A stretch of DNA of 64,000 nucleotides from an uncultured virus (IMG/VR IMGVR_UViG_3300030330_006222) (Duplodnaviria > Heunggongvirae > Uroviricota > Caudoviricetes), in the IMG/VR virus record IMGVR_UViG_3300030330_006222; one strand, written 5' to 3'. The notes beneath the pieces are model-generated. The model saw nothing but the letters and a program-made list of their open reading frames with translations, made no database searches and was not told where the DNA came from. Below, piece by piece: positions 7,567 through 17,713 of the stretch. Positions within the stretch are counted from its first letter, which is position 1, and every line of letters starts with the position of its first letter. Made by a program: the position numbers and the translations under genes.

Positions 7567-8822
7567 TAGATATCCATCTTTAACTTAAATACGAAATCCT
7601 GATTTTCGTCTTTTAGTATGGGATTCGCCAAGGTTGCAATACCAATCAAGTTTTTTTGCTCATCATAAACACCAATTTTAGAAATGTAAACTTGTCTTCT
7701 AAATTTCTCTTCGTAGTCTCCGAAACTTGATGTAACAATATTCTTTAGTAATCTTTCTTTATTTTCTTCATAAACATGAGAAGATGTAAAGTTTAATAGT
7801 TGTTGATTGTATTTTACAAAAGTGGGGTTATTTGAATAGTTGACCTCACCGCGGGGTGCGCGGGCATACAGAGTAATTGTCTCCGTAGTTGTTTCGCCTT
7901 GGAAGTTTAAACCAAACGACGCGGATCTAAAAGTATAAGCATCCGAGCTTCCATCGAAGTTGCTATCCACAACACCATCGCGCGCGCCGGCGCCCCAGTA
8001 TTTCCATTTAGGGAATACTTTAGTTGAAGAACCAGCAACTAAATTAAGGCTATGGTTTGAATCAATTCGCTCGGAACCGGTTAACAGCATAAACCCTTCA
8101 TCATACAATACAACACCCTGCACTGTACCAGATAAAGCTGCTGAGCTTACGCCGTTGCCTGTTTGTATTAGTTCGCCATTTTGCTTGAGGTCTGCAACTT
8201 CAGCAATTAAAGTACCGGTAACATACCACCTCAAAGCGACTGTTCCTGGTTTTATCTTGTTCCCGTAGAAAATAGAAGGAACATGAATTAAATTTAACTG
8301 TTGTGTATCTTTGTTCCCGTAAGAGGAAGTAACTTTAAAGTGCTCGCTCAAAGTACCGTAATGGTCCAACAGCGGTCTGAGAGACATATATGAATAATTG
8401 TGTCCGCATGCTAGTTTGCGTTCGGCACAGTCAGTGCTAGATGCCGAAGGAGTAGTAATGAATTCTCTACTAATTGTAGCATACTGCGGGTAGCTGCCTG
8501 TTATGTTATCGCCATATTCAAAGCTAGTGCCCCACTCGGTAAACGTTAATGACGCAGTGGTCATAGACAAGCTTACCCTGCTACTGTCTTTTGACAAATA
8601 GGGGTAAATAAAGTCGTTGGAACCGCTCAGCTTATCAATGTTGTATTCATACAAGTTTAGATAACCTGTATCAACCATTCTAGCATCACCAGAAAACTGA
8701 CCTTGTTGAGTTGCTCTATTGTTATAGTAGACATTGCTACTGTGAATCAAAAACTCACTGCGAGGATTTGCTTTTATTGTGTTAATTAAAACATCGTTTT
8801 TACCGAACTTCCGGTACGACAT
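7566..8822 (-). CDS. Virion (baseplate/tail-fibre attachment) protein; paralog of 8824-9870
   Basis: C-terminal NYSNNPTF...YISKIGVYDEQKNLIGIATLANPILK...KLKMDI resembles the C-terminal half of the tail-collar (DUF3751-like) domain. Confidence 0.65.
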   Translation of the reverse strand: MSYRKFGKNDVLINTIKANPRSEFLIHSSNVYYNNRATQQGQFSGDARMVDTGYLNLYEYNIDKLSGSNDFIYPYLSKDSSRVSLSMTTASLTFTEWGTSFEYGDNITGSYPQYATISREFITTPSASSTDCAERKLACGHNYSYMSLRPLLDHYGTLSEHFKVTSSYGNKDTQQLNLIHVPSIFYGNKIKPGTVALRWYVTGTLIAEVADLKQNGELIQTGNGVSSAALSGTVQGVVLYDEGFMLLTGSERIDSNHSLNLVAGSSTKVFPKWKYWGAGARDGVVDSNFDGSSDAYTFRSASFGLNFQGETTTETITLYARAPRGEVNYSNNPTFVKYNQQLLNFTSSHVYEENKERLLKNIVTSSFGDYEEKFRRQVYISKIGVYDEQKNLIGIATLANPILKDENQDFVFKLKMDI

Positions 8823-8823
8823 T

Positions 8824-9870
8824 TTAGTAATCCAATCTTACTCTGATTGTAAGCTCGTTATCAACACTCTTCTTAAGCGGCTCTGAAAGTTTTGCAACTG
8901 CTAACAATTCATTAGCAGAGTTGTAGAGACCAACAGTGGTCACATATGCAACTGGATTGTCTTGACCAATGTTCTTAACTCTAATCTTACTACCGCTAAC
9001 GTAGGTTGGGTTAGCGCTGTAGTTAAACTTGTTAGCCGGAGCACGACAGAAGTAAACTGTCGAATTAATCTCTGTAGTGTTATTGAAGGAGATGTTTTGG
9101 ATTCTTCTTCTGAAAGCCTCAATAGAGCCGGTCATAGATGAGCCTGTGAACGCTTGCTGAGGTGTTTGATTACCGTGAGTCGGATGTTTAGCAAAGTCAG
9201 CTATAGCGAATGCTGAAGCGGTGATGACAGCAATACCAGCTTGGTAGAACACAACACCAAGACCGTCACCAGTACCAGCAGAGTTCGAGAATAGAACACC
9301 GTAGTCACCACCGTCAGCGTTGTTCACGCCGTCGCCGTTAATTCTAGCGTTAGCGTCTTGCAGAGTTAAAGCACTGGAACCTGTTCGGAAAGGCGTGCTG
9401 TAAGAGCCGGTGCCGAGAGTAATGCTAAATGTGTTTTTCTTAATCTCGTCTTTTACTAACAAGCGAGAAAAGTTAACAAAGATTACTTCCTTCATGGAAC
9501 CGGTTAAGTCTAAAAGCAAATCAGATTCAAACGGACGAATGTTGTTTGCTGAGCCAGTGAAACCAAGAAGAGTTTGAGCAAACTGGTTGTACATGTTGAT
9601 CTTTTTAGCGTTTTGGACATTAGCACTAGCCGAAAGCGCAGAGTCACCAGCATATCCCATAGTCAAATCAAAGATATGGTTAGCGGATGAGCTGAGGTAT
9701 GGGTAGTCGTAAACACTTTGGAACATAGCGTGCGTATAGTTCTTAATGTTGTTGTCCGAGTACGTACCACTAACAATCGAACCCGTGATCGGAATGACCT
9801 CGTGCAGAAATGTTCTAGTGGTGGAAATATCCGTTGCCGGATTGATTGGTTCAAAATTTCTTACTGGCAT
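8824..9870 (-). CDS. Virion (baseplate/tail-fibre attachment) protein, TGS-rich
   Basis: C-terminal NYSANPTY...YVTTVGLYNSANELLAVAKLSEPLKK...RVRLDY; paralog of 7566-8822. Confidence 0.65.
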   Translation of the reverse strand: MPVRNFEPINPATDISTTRTFLHEVIPITGSIVSGTYSDNNIKNYTHAMFQSVYDYPYLSSSANHIFDLTMGYAGDSALSASANVQNAKKINMYNQFAQTLLGFTGSANNIRPFESDLLLDLTGSMKEVIFVNFSRLLVKDEIKKNTFSITLGTGSYSTPFRTGSSALTLQDANARINGDGVNNADGGDYGVLFSNSAGTGDGLGVVFYQAGIAVITASAFAIADFAKHPTHGNQTPQQAFTGSSMTGSIEAFRRRIQNISFNNTTEINSTVYFCRAPANKFNYSANPTYVSGSKIRVKNIGQDNPVAYVTTVGLYNSANELLAVAKLSEPLKKSVDNELTIRVRLDY

Positions 9871-9882
9871 TTATAAACTCCG

Positions 9883-10869
9883 TTATTCTTTTTGTATAAT
9901 TCTGATTGGTAACTGTTCTTGTAGTCCCGTAGTACCGTGAACTCTAACAGTAGTATCGATGTATCGATATGTACCGGCAGCGCCGGCTATTGATTGACCT
10001 GTTTTTCCAAACCTTGAAAAATCATCGGCGGTTAATAATTTCACTGTGAAGTTTAACATAGTCGCACTGGCGCGCGGACCTGCGATTACTGAAGTAGCAG
10101 TGTCGGCGACATCATCAGTGAGTCTCTTATAGACGTTGTTGTTAATTGCAGCGACAATTGCCACGTTGGCTTCTTTGTAATACGTTGATGGCGTGTTCGC
10201 AATATTTTGTTGCAAAGTGAAACTAACATTAGACTCACCTGACGTACCGCCATTACTAAACACACTTCCACCAGTGGGTCCAAGAACACTGGTGAAGAAT
10301 CTTCTATCAACGGAAACAGTAAAGTTGGCTTCTTGCAGTCCGTTAGAAGAAATGAAGTTTGTTCTGTTCGCAGCAGTAGCAGCAATCTCGCCGGTGTCTA
10401 ATCCAGTCTCTAAGACAATGGCAGTTCCATTTGTTTTACCAGATCTGAGGACCTTGAGGTTGCCCCCGCCGGATGCGCCACCAAAAGCAGTTTGCAGTGC
10501 GTCTGCAGTGACCCCATCATTAACCGCGAGATAGTAGACATTGCTAACAGGCTTAGCTGCGTCTCTAACAATCTGGTTTCTCTTTATGGATGGCATATAG
10601 AGGAGGTTTGGGTTTGTAAAACTCAAGAGTCCGTAATTAATTCCTGAGTTGTATCCAGTGTTAGCTTCAAAAACCGGTGTCTGCAAGATTTCTAAATCGT
10701 AGTATGCAGAACCAGATGCGTGGTTCTTGTTATATTTTCCATAGTTGATTTCGTCATCGCCTAAGCCAAACTTGACAATTGTAAAATTACCATTAGCCAT
10801 GCGTTTGCGACCGATTTCGGTGAGAACTGCATCTAATATGATATCACCTGAGTTGTCTAAAAAAGCCAT
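9883..10869 (-). CDS. Virion (baseplate) protein; paralog of 10944-12017
   Basis: N-terminal MAFLDNSGDIILDAVLTEIGRKRMA...KFGLGDDEINY and C-terminal YRYIDTTV...QLPIRII are shared with its neighbour. Confidence 0.65.
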   Translation of the reverse strand: MAFLDNSGDIILDAVLTEIGRKRMANGNFTIVKFGLGDDEINYGKYNKNHASGSAYYDLEILQTPVFEANTGYNSGINYGLLSFTNPNLLYMPSIKRNQIVRDAAKPVSNVYYLAVNDGVTADALQTAFGGASGGGNLKVLRSGKTNGTAIVLETGLDTGEIAATAANRTNFISSNGLQEANFTVSVDRRFFTSVLGPTGGSVFSNGGTSGESNVSFTLQQNIANTPSTYYKEANVAIVAAINNNVYKRLTDDVADTATSVIAGPRASATMLNFTVKLLTADDFSRFGKTGQSIAGAAGTYRYIDTTVRVHGTTGLQEQLPIRIIQKE

Positions 10870-10890
10870 TTATTATCCTCTTAATCTAAA

Positions 10891-10898
10891 TAAATAGT
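10891..10898 (-). promoter_or_regulatory. Putative late promoter ACTATTTA (second copy ATTATTTA at 10921-10928)
   Basis: Intergenic, 21 nt upstream of the ATG at 10869. Confidence 0.6.
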
Positions 10899-10943
10899 GG
10901 TTTTGTAATTGAGTTTACCATAAATAATTATTATTTTAAAAAA

Positions 10944-12017
10944 TTATAGACCTGCATATCTGATAATTCTTAAAGGTATCTGCAGGCGACTATTGGTGGT
11001 AGCTCCTACAATGTAAATAGTTGTATCAATATAATCGAACTTCCTTGTTGGCATTTCGCTAAATAATACATTTTCTAAAGTTCCAAATTCAACAAACCTA
11101 GAGTCTCTGGTGCCTGTTGAATTCACTTGTAATTGTTGATCTGTCTTAACATTAAATGCCACAACCGATCCTCTTGGACCGCCAAGATTAGAAAACTTGT
11201 CGCTTGTTGTCTCGGGAGTAACAAAGCCGTAATTCATCATTAGGTTTTGAATACCTTTTACTAAGTAAGTTGCAAAGTAGTCAAACCCGGACTCTAAAGA
11301 GATGGCTGGACTTGGAAAGGTCTCTGTGCTAAAATTAATAATGCTTTCACCGCTAGCAAAATTCTCAAACTGCGAAGACTGTTGTATGCCAATAATATCG
11401 GATACTAACCTATTGTCTGCTTCAACAAGAAAGTCTTCGTCTAATAGAAATTTTTCAATAATTAGTTTTCTTCTACTATCTTTTGTAGGAGACAAGGTAA
11501 AACCGCTGTTAACTATTCCGGACTCGACAACTATTTTTGTTTTATCAAAATCGTTAACTTGCAAGAATTTAAAATCTGTCAAGTTTTCATCAAGGATAGT
11601 TGACGTTTCATCATTAACAGAAACGTAATACCTATCACTTCTCAAAGTTGGCGCGTATGTTGTTTTAGTGTTCTTAACCAAAGCCGGTAAATACTCAAGA
11701 AAGGCGTGCGGTTGGGCTCCGTCTAATGCCTCCATCTCCACGTCGGATAAATACAGTATACCGCTGTCATGCGAGTCTAGTCCAAATTGTATATTGTTGT
11801 TTTTATCTTTAAAAGCCTCTAACATTTTTGCGTTTTTTAATGCTGGGATATATGAATCATCATCGGCGAGATCACTCTTGTAAAGTCTATAATCTATCTC
11901 ATCATCTCCCAATGCAAATTTAGCAATCTTAAATTTGCCGCGCGCCAAAAGCTTTTTGCCCTTTTCAGTAAGCGTTGCCTTAATCAAGATTGAATCACTA
12001 GTTTTAATAAATGCCAT
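10944..12017 (-). CDS. Virion (baseplate) protein; paralog of 9883-10869
   Basis: MAFIKTSDSILIKATLTEKGKKLLA...KFALGDDEIDY; GPRGS; FDYIDTTI...QIPLRII. Confidence 0.65.
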   Translation of the reverse strand: MAFIKTSDSILIKATLTEKGKKLLARGKFKIAKFALGDDEIDYRLYKSDLADDDSYIPALKNAKMLEAFKDKNNNIQFGLDSHDSGILYLSDVEMEALDGAQPHAFLEYLPALVKNTKTTYAPTLRSDRYYVSVNDETSTILDENLTDFKFLQVNDFDKTKIVVESGIVNSGFTLSPTKDSRRKLIIEKFLLDEDFLVEADNRLVSDIIGIQQSSQFENFASGESIINFSTETFPSPAISLESGFDYFATYLVKGIQNLMMNYGFVTPETTSDKFSNLGGPRGSVVAFNVKTDQQLQVNSTGTRDSRFVEFGTLENVLFSEMPTRKFDYIDTTIYIVGATTNSRLQIPLRIIRYAGL

Positions 12018-12030
12018 AATAAATTCCTAT

Positions 12031-15000
12031 TTACGTATCCAACGAGCCCATACTTGAGGAGCTAGAGCGGAATATTGATGTTAGAGAGACACCCTCTTCA
12101 AGAGCCTCAAATAAACCAATCGCAGGAAGACCCAAGTTTGCTAACAGAGCACTCATGACAAAGTCCGGAGGTCGGAATGGAGATTCTTCAAAACTCTTGT
12201 ATGTTGAATCATCACCAAAAGGATGACCAGACCTTCTTGAAAATAGCTCAGCTATTTGCGCTGCAAGTACCTGAAATTTTTCACCCTCACTTGTCCATTG
12301 AAGAGGATCTATAATTGTTGAATGAACACTAGCGTGAGCTGCGGGGATTAAGTTTATGAGATAGAAACAGCTAACCATCGCTAAACGCTTGTCCACTGGT
12401 GCTAGCGTTATTCCACCCCTATATCCGTATACCCAATTAGCAATCGCAAGCGCAGCTTCGCCAGAGCCAGCTTCAGGAGTAAAAGTAGAATCAGATGATT
12501 CGTAAACGTTTGGGTCTGAAATCATGTTTTTGATGAAACCAAATCCGCCTCCGCCGGCGACTGGTGCTTCTCCTACAGCGCCAGAAAAAAGATCTTCCTT
12601 GGCTAGTAAATCGTAGAGTGTCGCAGGGAAACCAGCTCCCTGAGTCCTTAGACCATATTCAAAATATTTTGGTAATAAATCATCTAAACCAATTACTCGA
12701 TCTGGTATAGGCGTGTAAGTGGGCGCGCCATCAGCTGGATCAGACCAGCCTACGTCACCTGCCCCAGTTGCACCCCCAGAATCCGCAGCGACGTCACTAG
12801 AGCTTCCGATGCTGGTATCAGAGTCAACGCTGAAGGGGGATACTCCAAAAACACTGGCCGGGGGTACCGGTTCCACAGTACCAGCGCCAGTATCATATAA
12901 GACGACAATTGGAGGATCATCCAACTCAGGTGATGTTGGTATACCATCAGGCATGTAATCAGTTGGCGGTTTCGCTGTACGCTCTGACTTAGACAGGTTT
13001 CTTTCAACTGTGTTGTACGAAATATTTAAATCTAGTTTCTTAGATGTCTTCTTCGAGGTCAATCTAATTTTGAATTTTTTATTCCATATTTTTTGTTCAG
13101 ATGAGCCAACTATTAAATTGCTTATTTGATTTAGTGCATAATCTTCATAATCAACACCACTGTCATCAAAATATAAATGATGGATATTTGGATCAAATTG
13201 GATTAATTTTTTAAACGCTAGAGAATTAGTTGATACTTGATTTGGGTTAAACTCTGATGAATCCACAGTGTCGAATAAAGCATATGTATATCCCCCATCA
13301 TCAACTAACTCACATTGAATTATTTGCGATAATGGTCCAGGAACACCGTTCTCGTTTACAAACCTAAAAACATAGTAGTATACAGTATTGGTTGCTATCT
13401 GATCGGAAACAATTTTATTTTTGAAATTGTAAGTATCACCCTTGATTCTTAAATCAACTGTGGCTACCAATGAATCTTTAAAGTCAGCGAACGCATTTGG
13501 TTTATTTTTGATCCTATACATCTCAATATAGCGCGCCGGCGATTGGGAAATTTTATCGACTAAATTATATGGCTCTATTTCTTTTGAGCGCATATAATCT
13601 GACTTGTTTTTTAAATCAACACCGTCAATTATTTCTGGGTATGGTCTTTTAATAAAGCTTTCTTGCATGACCTGGAAACCGACACGACTGCTGTTATCAA
13701 TAAAGTGGAAGGGACTAACGTTAATTGAGTTGCATGGATTATCCATAACTTTTATGGTTTTTTGATAAATTGGTACTTCAATTAATTCCATACAAGGTTC
13801 AATATAGAGGTGAAAATCTAACAGTTGCGGGTGTCTGCTTATCTCCACCGAGTTTGGTGCGAGTCTGTTCATGCCGGATATCACAGTTCTCAATGGACTA
13901 TCTTCAGGCAGAGTAAGATCTGCGGAAGCAAATAATTGCGGAGCAATCATATTTGTTTCGGGATCGTAAAATTGCAAACAGTATTCTAACGTATCTTCGC
14001 CGCCTATGTGGTTAGCTGCACCAATCTGCTTGGTTAATCTAAAGTCACCATACTTATACTTGTGGCTTAATACAAGCGTGTAAGCAGTAATTTTGTAAGT
14101 GTAATCTTTGCCATATTTAACTTGCGAGTCGAAAACTGATAATTCTGCCGGCGCATCTGGGGAATTGAATATCCAAAATTTTTGTATTATGTTTTGATTA
14201 CTACTATCACCAGTAACAGGTCCAGCGATTTTTTCAACTTTGTAAGCTAATACTTCGTGTCTTTTTAAACCAGGACCATAAAGCTTTGATAAGATATTAT
14301 ATGTATCAAACTTTAAATCACTTTCTGTGATTGATGCTGCGGCTCCGGGATTGTAGTCTTTCATATAAGACTTCATTAGATCTTTGGTGCCATCAATCAT
14401 GTTAATTAAAGATTTGCTGTTGAGAGTTCTGTAGAACGTATCGTCAGACATGGTGGCGGCGCGCGCTGGACTAGAAGGTCCAGCAAAAATATAATTGTCA
14501 TTCAACGCTACATCATAGTTGTTATACATGTAAGCTAAAAAGTCCATGAAATTGACACTGTGTAATCCAACAGCGGTATCTGGTCTTTCAATCACCATGT
14601 TAGTTGACGATGGCGCTCCACCGACATATGAAAACGCATCTTTAGTTATACAATAATTAAATGGCAATCTCTTTTTTGGTACATCGTCAATTGTACCTTC
14701 ATCTATATCTTTTAAAATCTCAAGCATTCTGGAAGAAAAATTATTTTCTTTAATTAGATTTCTTACTGTCGCTTTTTGATAAGTGGGGTTAGATACGTTT
14801 GATAAAGTGTAACCACTACCCGCATTCTCGGCTGCAATACTGCCGCGCTGTAGGACACCATTAGTATTTCTGTCAAACTTAATTTGAACGTTGAAGAAGC
14901 TTGAAAGTTTGCCATCGACTTCCTTAGTTTTAAATGGCTCCTCGGAGCTTTCAGACAACAAATCATTTTTTATAAATTCAAAGTAATGTTGATCGAGTAT

Positions 15001-15891
15001 AATATTTTGCATACTATTAAGAACAACAGGTTGCAGAGCAGCATTTTCTCTTGTGTCTGTAAAGTAGTCCCCAAAGTATTCGTCTCTTTTTAAGTCTAGC
15101 CAATAATTTCCAGCTGGGAAATGATACTGGGTAGCTTGACTTTTATTGCTAACAAAGCTGAGTTGGCTATCTACTGCTGTCTCCTCGGGGCTAGCACCAA
15201 AATCAGGATATGCATGGGTGTGATAATAGTCGTTGATGATGTAAAAATTCGGCATCAATAGTTCGGATTCAAGATCCTTGGACCATTCTTGATATTTGTG
15301 TACATTAAAATTATAATCATCATAATTGGAGAAAATATTATACGTAGCGACGTATGTTGGAATGGGCTTTTCTATAGCTTCATAAGCTCGTTGCTGCTGA
15401 TATCCAAGAGCAAACGGCATGACGAATGACGAATCGTAATAGATTCTATCAGAATTTAGTCTTTTAGGTAGTTGTTGTCCTCCATACTCTCCGCCAAACA
15501 TAAACTGTTTCCAATGGTAGTCACCTTTTACACTGCTATTATCCTTGTCCGCATATAATCTTATTGGTATTTTTAAGTTTGGAATATCTACATTCTCATT
15601 GATAACTTGTATTCTAGCTGGATTCACTTCAGCATATTGTATCTGTTCACAATTATCGGGAGTGACCATAAATATTTCTCGATCAACTAAGTTCTCAACT
15701 TTTTCTGATGTGTATGGCTCACTGCGGATTGTTTTTTCACCTCCGTCTTCTGTTGCGTAGTAATAAAATGAACCAAAAACTCTTCTTAAAAGGTCGGCAC
15801 CTAAGTTTTGATTATCGATACTTAGTAACGAATCAGCCGACAAAAGATATAAATAATTTTTGTATGCTGATGAACCTCCAAATTTGGGCAT
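12031..15891 (-). CDS. Large virion protein with two FN3-like segments and a Pro/Gly-linked C-terminal module
   Basis: 1286 aa; FDSQVKYGKDYTYKITAY and DQIATNTVYYYVFRFVNENGVPGPLS resemble FN3 ends; lies inside the structural cluster. Confidence 0.55.
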   Translation of the reverse strand: MPKFGGSSAYKNYLYLLSADSLLSIDNQNLGADLLRRVFGSFYYYATEDGGEKTIRSEPYTSEKVENLVDREIFMVTPDNCEQIQYAEVNPARIQVINENVDIPNLKIPIRLYADKDNSSVKGDYHWKQFMFGGEYGGQQLPKRLNSDRIYYDSSFVMPFALGYQQQRAYEAIEKPIPTYVATYNIFSNYDDYNFNVHKYQEWSKDLESELLMPNFYIINDYYHTHAYPDFGASPEETAVDSQLSFVSNKSQATQYHFPAGNYWLDLKRDEYFGDYFTDTRENAALQPVVLNSMQNIILDQHYFEFIKNDLLSESSEEPFKTKEVDGKLSSFFNVQIKFDRNTNGVLQRGSIAAENAGSGYTLSNVSNPTYQKATVRNLIKENNFSSRMLEILKDIDEGTIDDVPKKRLPFNYCITKDAFSYVGGAPSSTNMVIERPDTAVGLHSVNFMDFLAYMYNNYDVALNDNYIFAGPSSPARAATMSDDTFYRTLNSKSLINMIDGTKDLMKSYMKDYNPGAAASITESDLKFDTYNILSKLYGPGLKRHEVLAYKVEKIAGPVTGDSSNQNIIQKFWIFNSPDAPAELSVFDSQVKYGKDYTYKITAYTLVLSHKYKYGDFRLTKQIGAANHIGGEDTLEYCLQFYDPETNMIAPQLFASADLTLPEDSPLRTVISGMNRLAPNSVEISRHPQLLDFHLYIEPCMELIEVPIYQKTIKVMDNPCNSINVSPFHFIDNSSRVGFQVMQESFIKRPYPEIIDGVDLKNKSDYMRSKEIEPYNLVDKISQSPARYIEMYRIKNKPNAFADFKDSLVATVDLRIKGDTYNFKNKIVSDQIATNTVYYYVFRFVNENGVPGPLSQIIQCELVDDGGYTYALFDTVDSSEFNPNQVSTNSLAFKKLIQFDPNIHHLYFDDSGVDYEDYALNQISNLIVGSSEQKIWNKKFKIRLTSKKTSKKLDLNISYNTVERNLSKSERTAKPPTDYMPDGIPTSPELDDPPIVVLYDTGAGTVEPVPPASVFGVSPFSVDSDTSIGSSSDVAADSGGATGAGDVGWSDPADGAPTYTPIPDRVIGLDDLLPKYFEYGLRTQGAGFPATLYDLLAKEDLFSGAVGEAPVAGGGGFGFIKNMISDPNVYESSDSTFTPEAGSGEAALAIANWVYGYRGGITLAPVDKRLAMVSCFYLINLIPAAHASVHSTIIDPLQWTSEGEKFQVLAAQIAELFSRRSGHPFGDDSTYKSFEESPFRPPDFVMSALLANLGLPAIGLFEALEEGVSLTSIFRSSSSSMGSLDT

Positions 15892-17033
15892 TAGTACGAG
15901 CCTCCACCACCGCCGGCGCCCATAGTAGTCATGCTACTTATAGTGCTTGTAGTGGTTGTTTCAGGCATAACGGCATCGTCGCGGAAAGTTGTGTAATTTT
16001 GTTGCATAACTTTGGGAGAAACCTGTTTTTTAGCGGACATACCTCTTGGAATATGCAAACTATTGGTAAGTATGGTATTAAGCATCTCAACCATAGAGCC
16101 AACATAATTATCTCTATGGTTTGCAACCATGGATTCAGACTTGTATCTTTCTTTTAAATCCACTCTTACATGATCATACGCACTATCGTAACGGTGGTAT
16201 ATTTTTGACGAAAACATTTTCAGATCTCCGGTGGTACCACTTGAATCTGGCTCTGGTATTCTTACTACTGGCATTTGTGTTCTATCTATTTGTTCTAAGG
16301 TTGGGGTTTCTGTGGGGCGCGCAAACTCTCCCTCCCATAATACCTGATCAAGAGAAGGATTTAAAGCACTTACTTCCGTGCTGTATAAAACTTGCTGCAT
16401 TGTGTCGGAGCGCACGTCAGATTCAGATACACTAGGCGCCGCAACTAAACTTCTTGAGACAACAAAACTTTCAAATGCAGATTCATTTAAGTCTGTGGTA
16501 ATATAAGCAGCAGTTTCTCCAGAATTGTGACCATTCACATTGAGCATACCACTCGTAAAAATTGACGTGCTGGCTGGTTCATATCTGCTGATAATGGTGT
16601 CAGCCGTAACTGCAGTGCCCTGGCGCCAGCCCCACAGTGCTGAACTAAAACCAAAACCGAAGCCGTATCTCCAATCTAAAAAGCCACTACTTTCTGTGCT
16701 AATTGGCGGTAAATAATTCATAACAGCATGTAGCTGAAGTTCAAAGTAGTCTATGCCTAAATCTTGCTTAATTTGTTTTAGCATAAGACTTTCAAAGACA
16801 CCAGGCGATGTTTCGGATTGAAATTCATTTAAAAATTCTACAGTAGGAAACACCATTGGTTCTTGAGACCAGTTAGTTTCGGGCTCTGATGCTTCGGCAA
16901 CTACTCCAGTGGTTATATAAAAGTAACTTGGATATGCTTGACTTGGAGAGCCAAAAGTGGTTACATAATTGTAGCGCGCGAAAATATTGGCGTGTTTATA
17001 TAAATAAGTGTCAATATCAGGAGAGAAGCTCAT
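15891..17033 (-). CDS. Hypothetical virion-cluster protein with Thr/Ser/Gly-rich tail
   Basis: 380 aa ending ETTTTSTISSMTTMGAGGGGGSY; coupled to both neighbours. Confidence 0.5.
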   Translation of the reverse strand: MSFSPDIDTYLYKHANIFARYNYVTTFGSPSQAYPSYFYITTGVVAEASEPETNWSQEPMVFPTVEFLNEFQSETSPGVFESLMLKQIKQDLGIDYFELQLHAVMNYLPPISTESSGFLDWRYGFGFGFSSALWGWRQGTAVTADTIISRYEPASTSIFTSGMLNVNGHNSGETAAYITTDLNESAFESFVVSRSLVAAPSVSESDVRSDTMQQVLYSTEVSALNPSLDQVLWEGEFARPTETPTLEQIDRTQMPVVRIPEPDSSGTTGDLKMFSSKIYHRYDSAYDHVRVDLKERYKSESMVANHRDNYVGSMVEMLNTILTNSLHIPRGMSAKKQVSPKVMQQNYTTFRDDAVMPETTTTSTISSMTTMGAGGGGGSY

Positions 17034-17653
17034 TTCTTAAGGCTCCTTTTAGCTGTTCTATCAAGTATTTTATTTGGTGATTTTCTAACAGCCTTGGTCA
17101 GACGCTCAGCAAGATTAGTGGTTGCGCGAGCCTTCCTGCCTCTGGTTTTATCTTTTTTCATAATATTTTTTATTGACTCTGAACGTTCTTGATCTAGTTC
17201 ATAAAAGGAATCAGCAGCGTCTCTAAACTTGTCCGCGGCATCTTTTTTTACAGGAGTTAACTTGTTTAAATCTGGGTCAATAATTTTAGAGTTTTCGATT
17301 GTTTCATCTATGTTTGTCGAACCTATCAAAGTAAAGTTTTTTAAGCTACCCTCAAGACCAGGTGAAAGCTCCTCAGTTTCAACGATTGCAAAGCCCATAC
17401 CATTTATAGCTTCGTTGCATTTGTCAGCAAGCTGAAGTCCATTACTAAATTGTCTTATGTATCCGTTTGTTGTAAGCTCTGCAATTGCTTCTATGGTGTC
17501 CGTGTTTGGATCGGCAAACAGCCTAGCAGCTCCATTTTTAGAAATTACTTTAAGTTTTCTATTTTTAAAATTTCTAGGAATATCGCGACGTTCACGACCA
17601 GATTGGTTATCGCGAGCGGACGGAGTATTGTTTGTTCTTGAATAATCAGACAT
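17030..17653 (-). CDS. Hypothetical basic protein
   Basis: 207 aa with Lys/Arg-rich termini; ATGA overlap with the next gene. Confidence 0.5.
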   Translation of the reverse strand: MSDYSRTNNTPSARDNQSGRERRDIPRNFKNRKLKVISKNGAARLFADPNTDTIEAIAELTTNGYIRQFSNGLQLADKCNEAINGMGFAIVETEELSPGLEGSLKNFTLIGSTNIDETIENSKIIDPDLNKLTPVKKDAADKFRDAADSFYELDQERSESIKNIMKKDKTRGRKARATTNLAERLTKAVRKSPNKILDRTAKRSLKK

Positions 17654-17713
17654 ATGTTATACCACTAAGATAATTATTGATCAATTAAATTTTAGCTCCT
17701 TAGTCTCTTAAGA

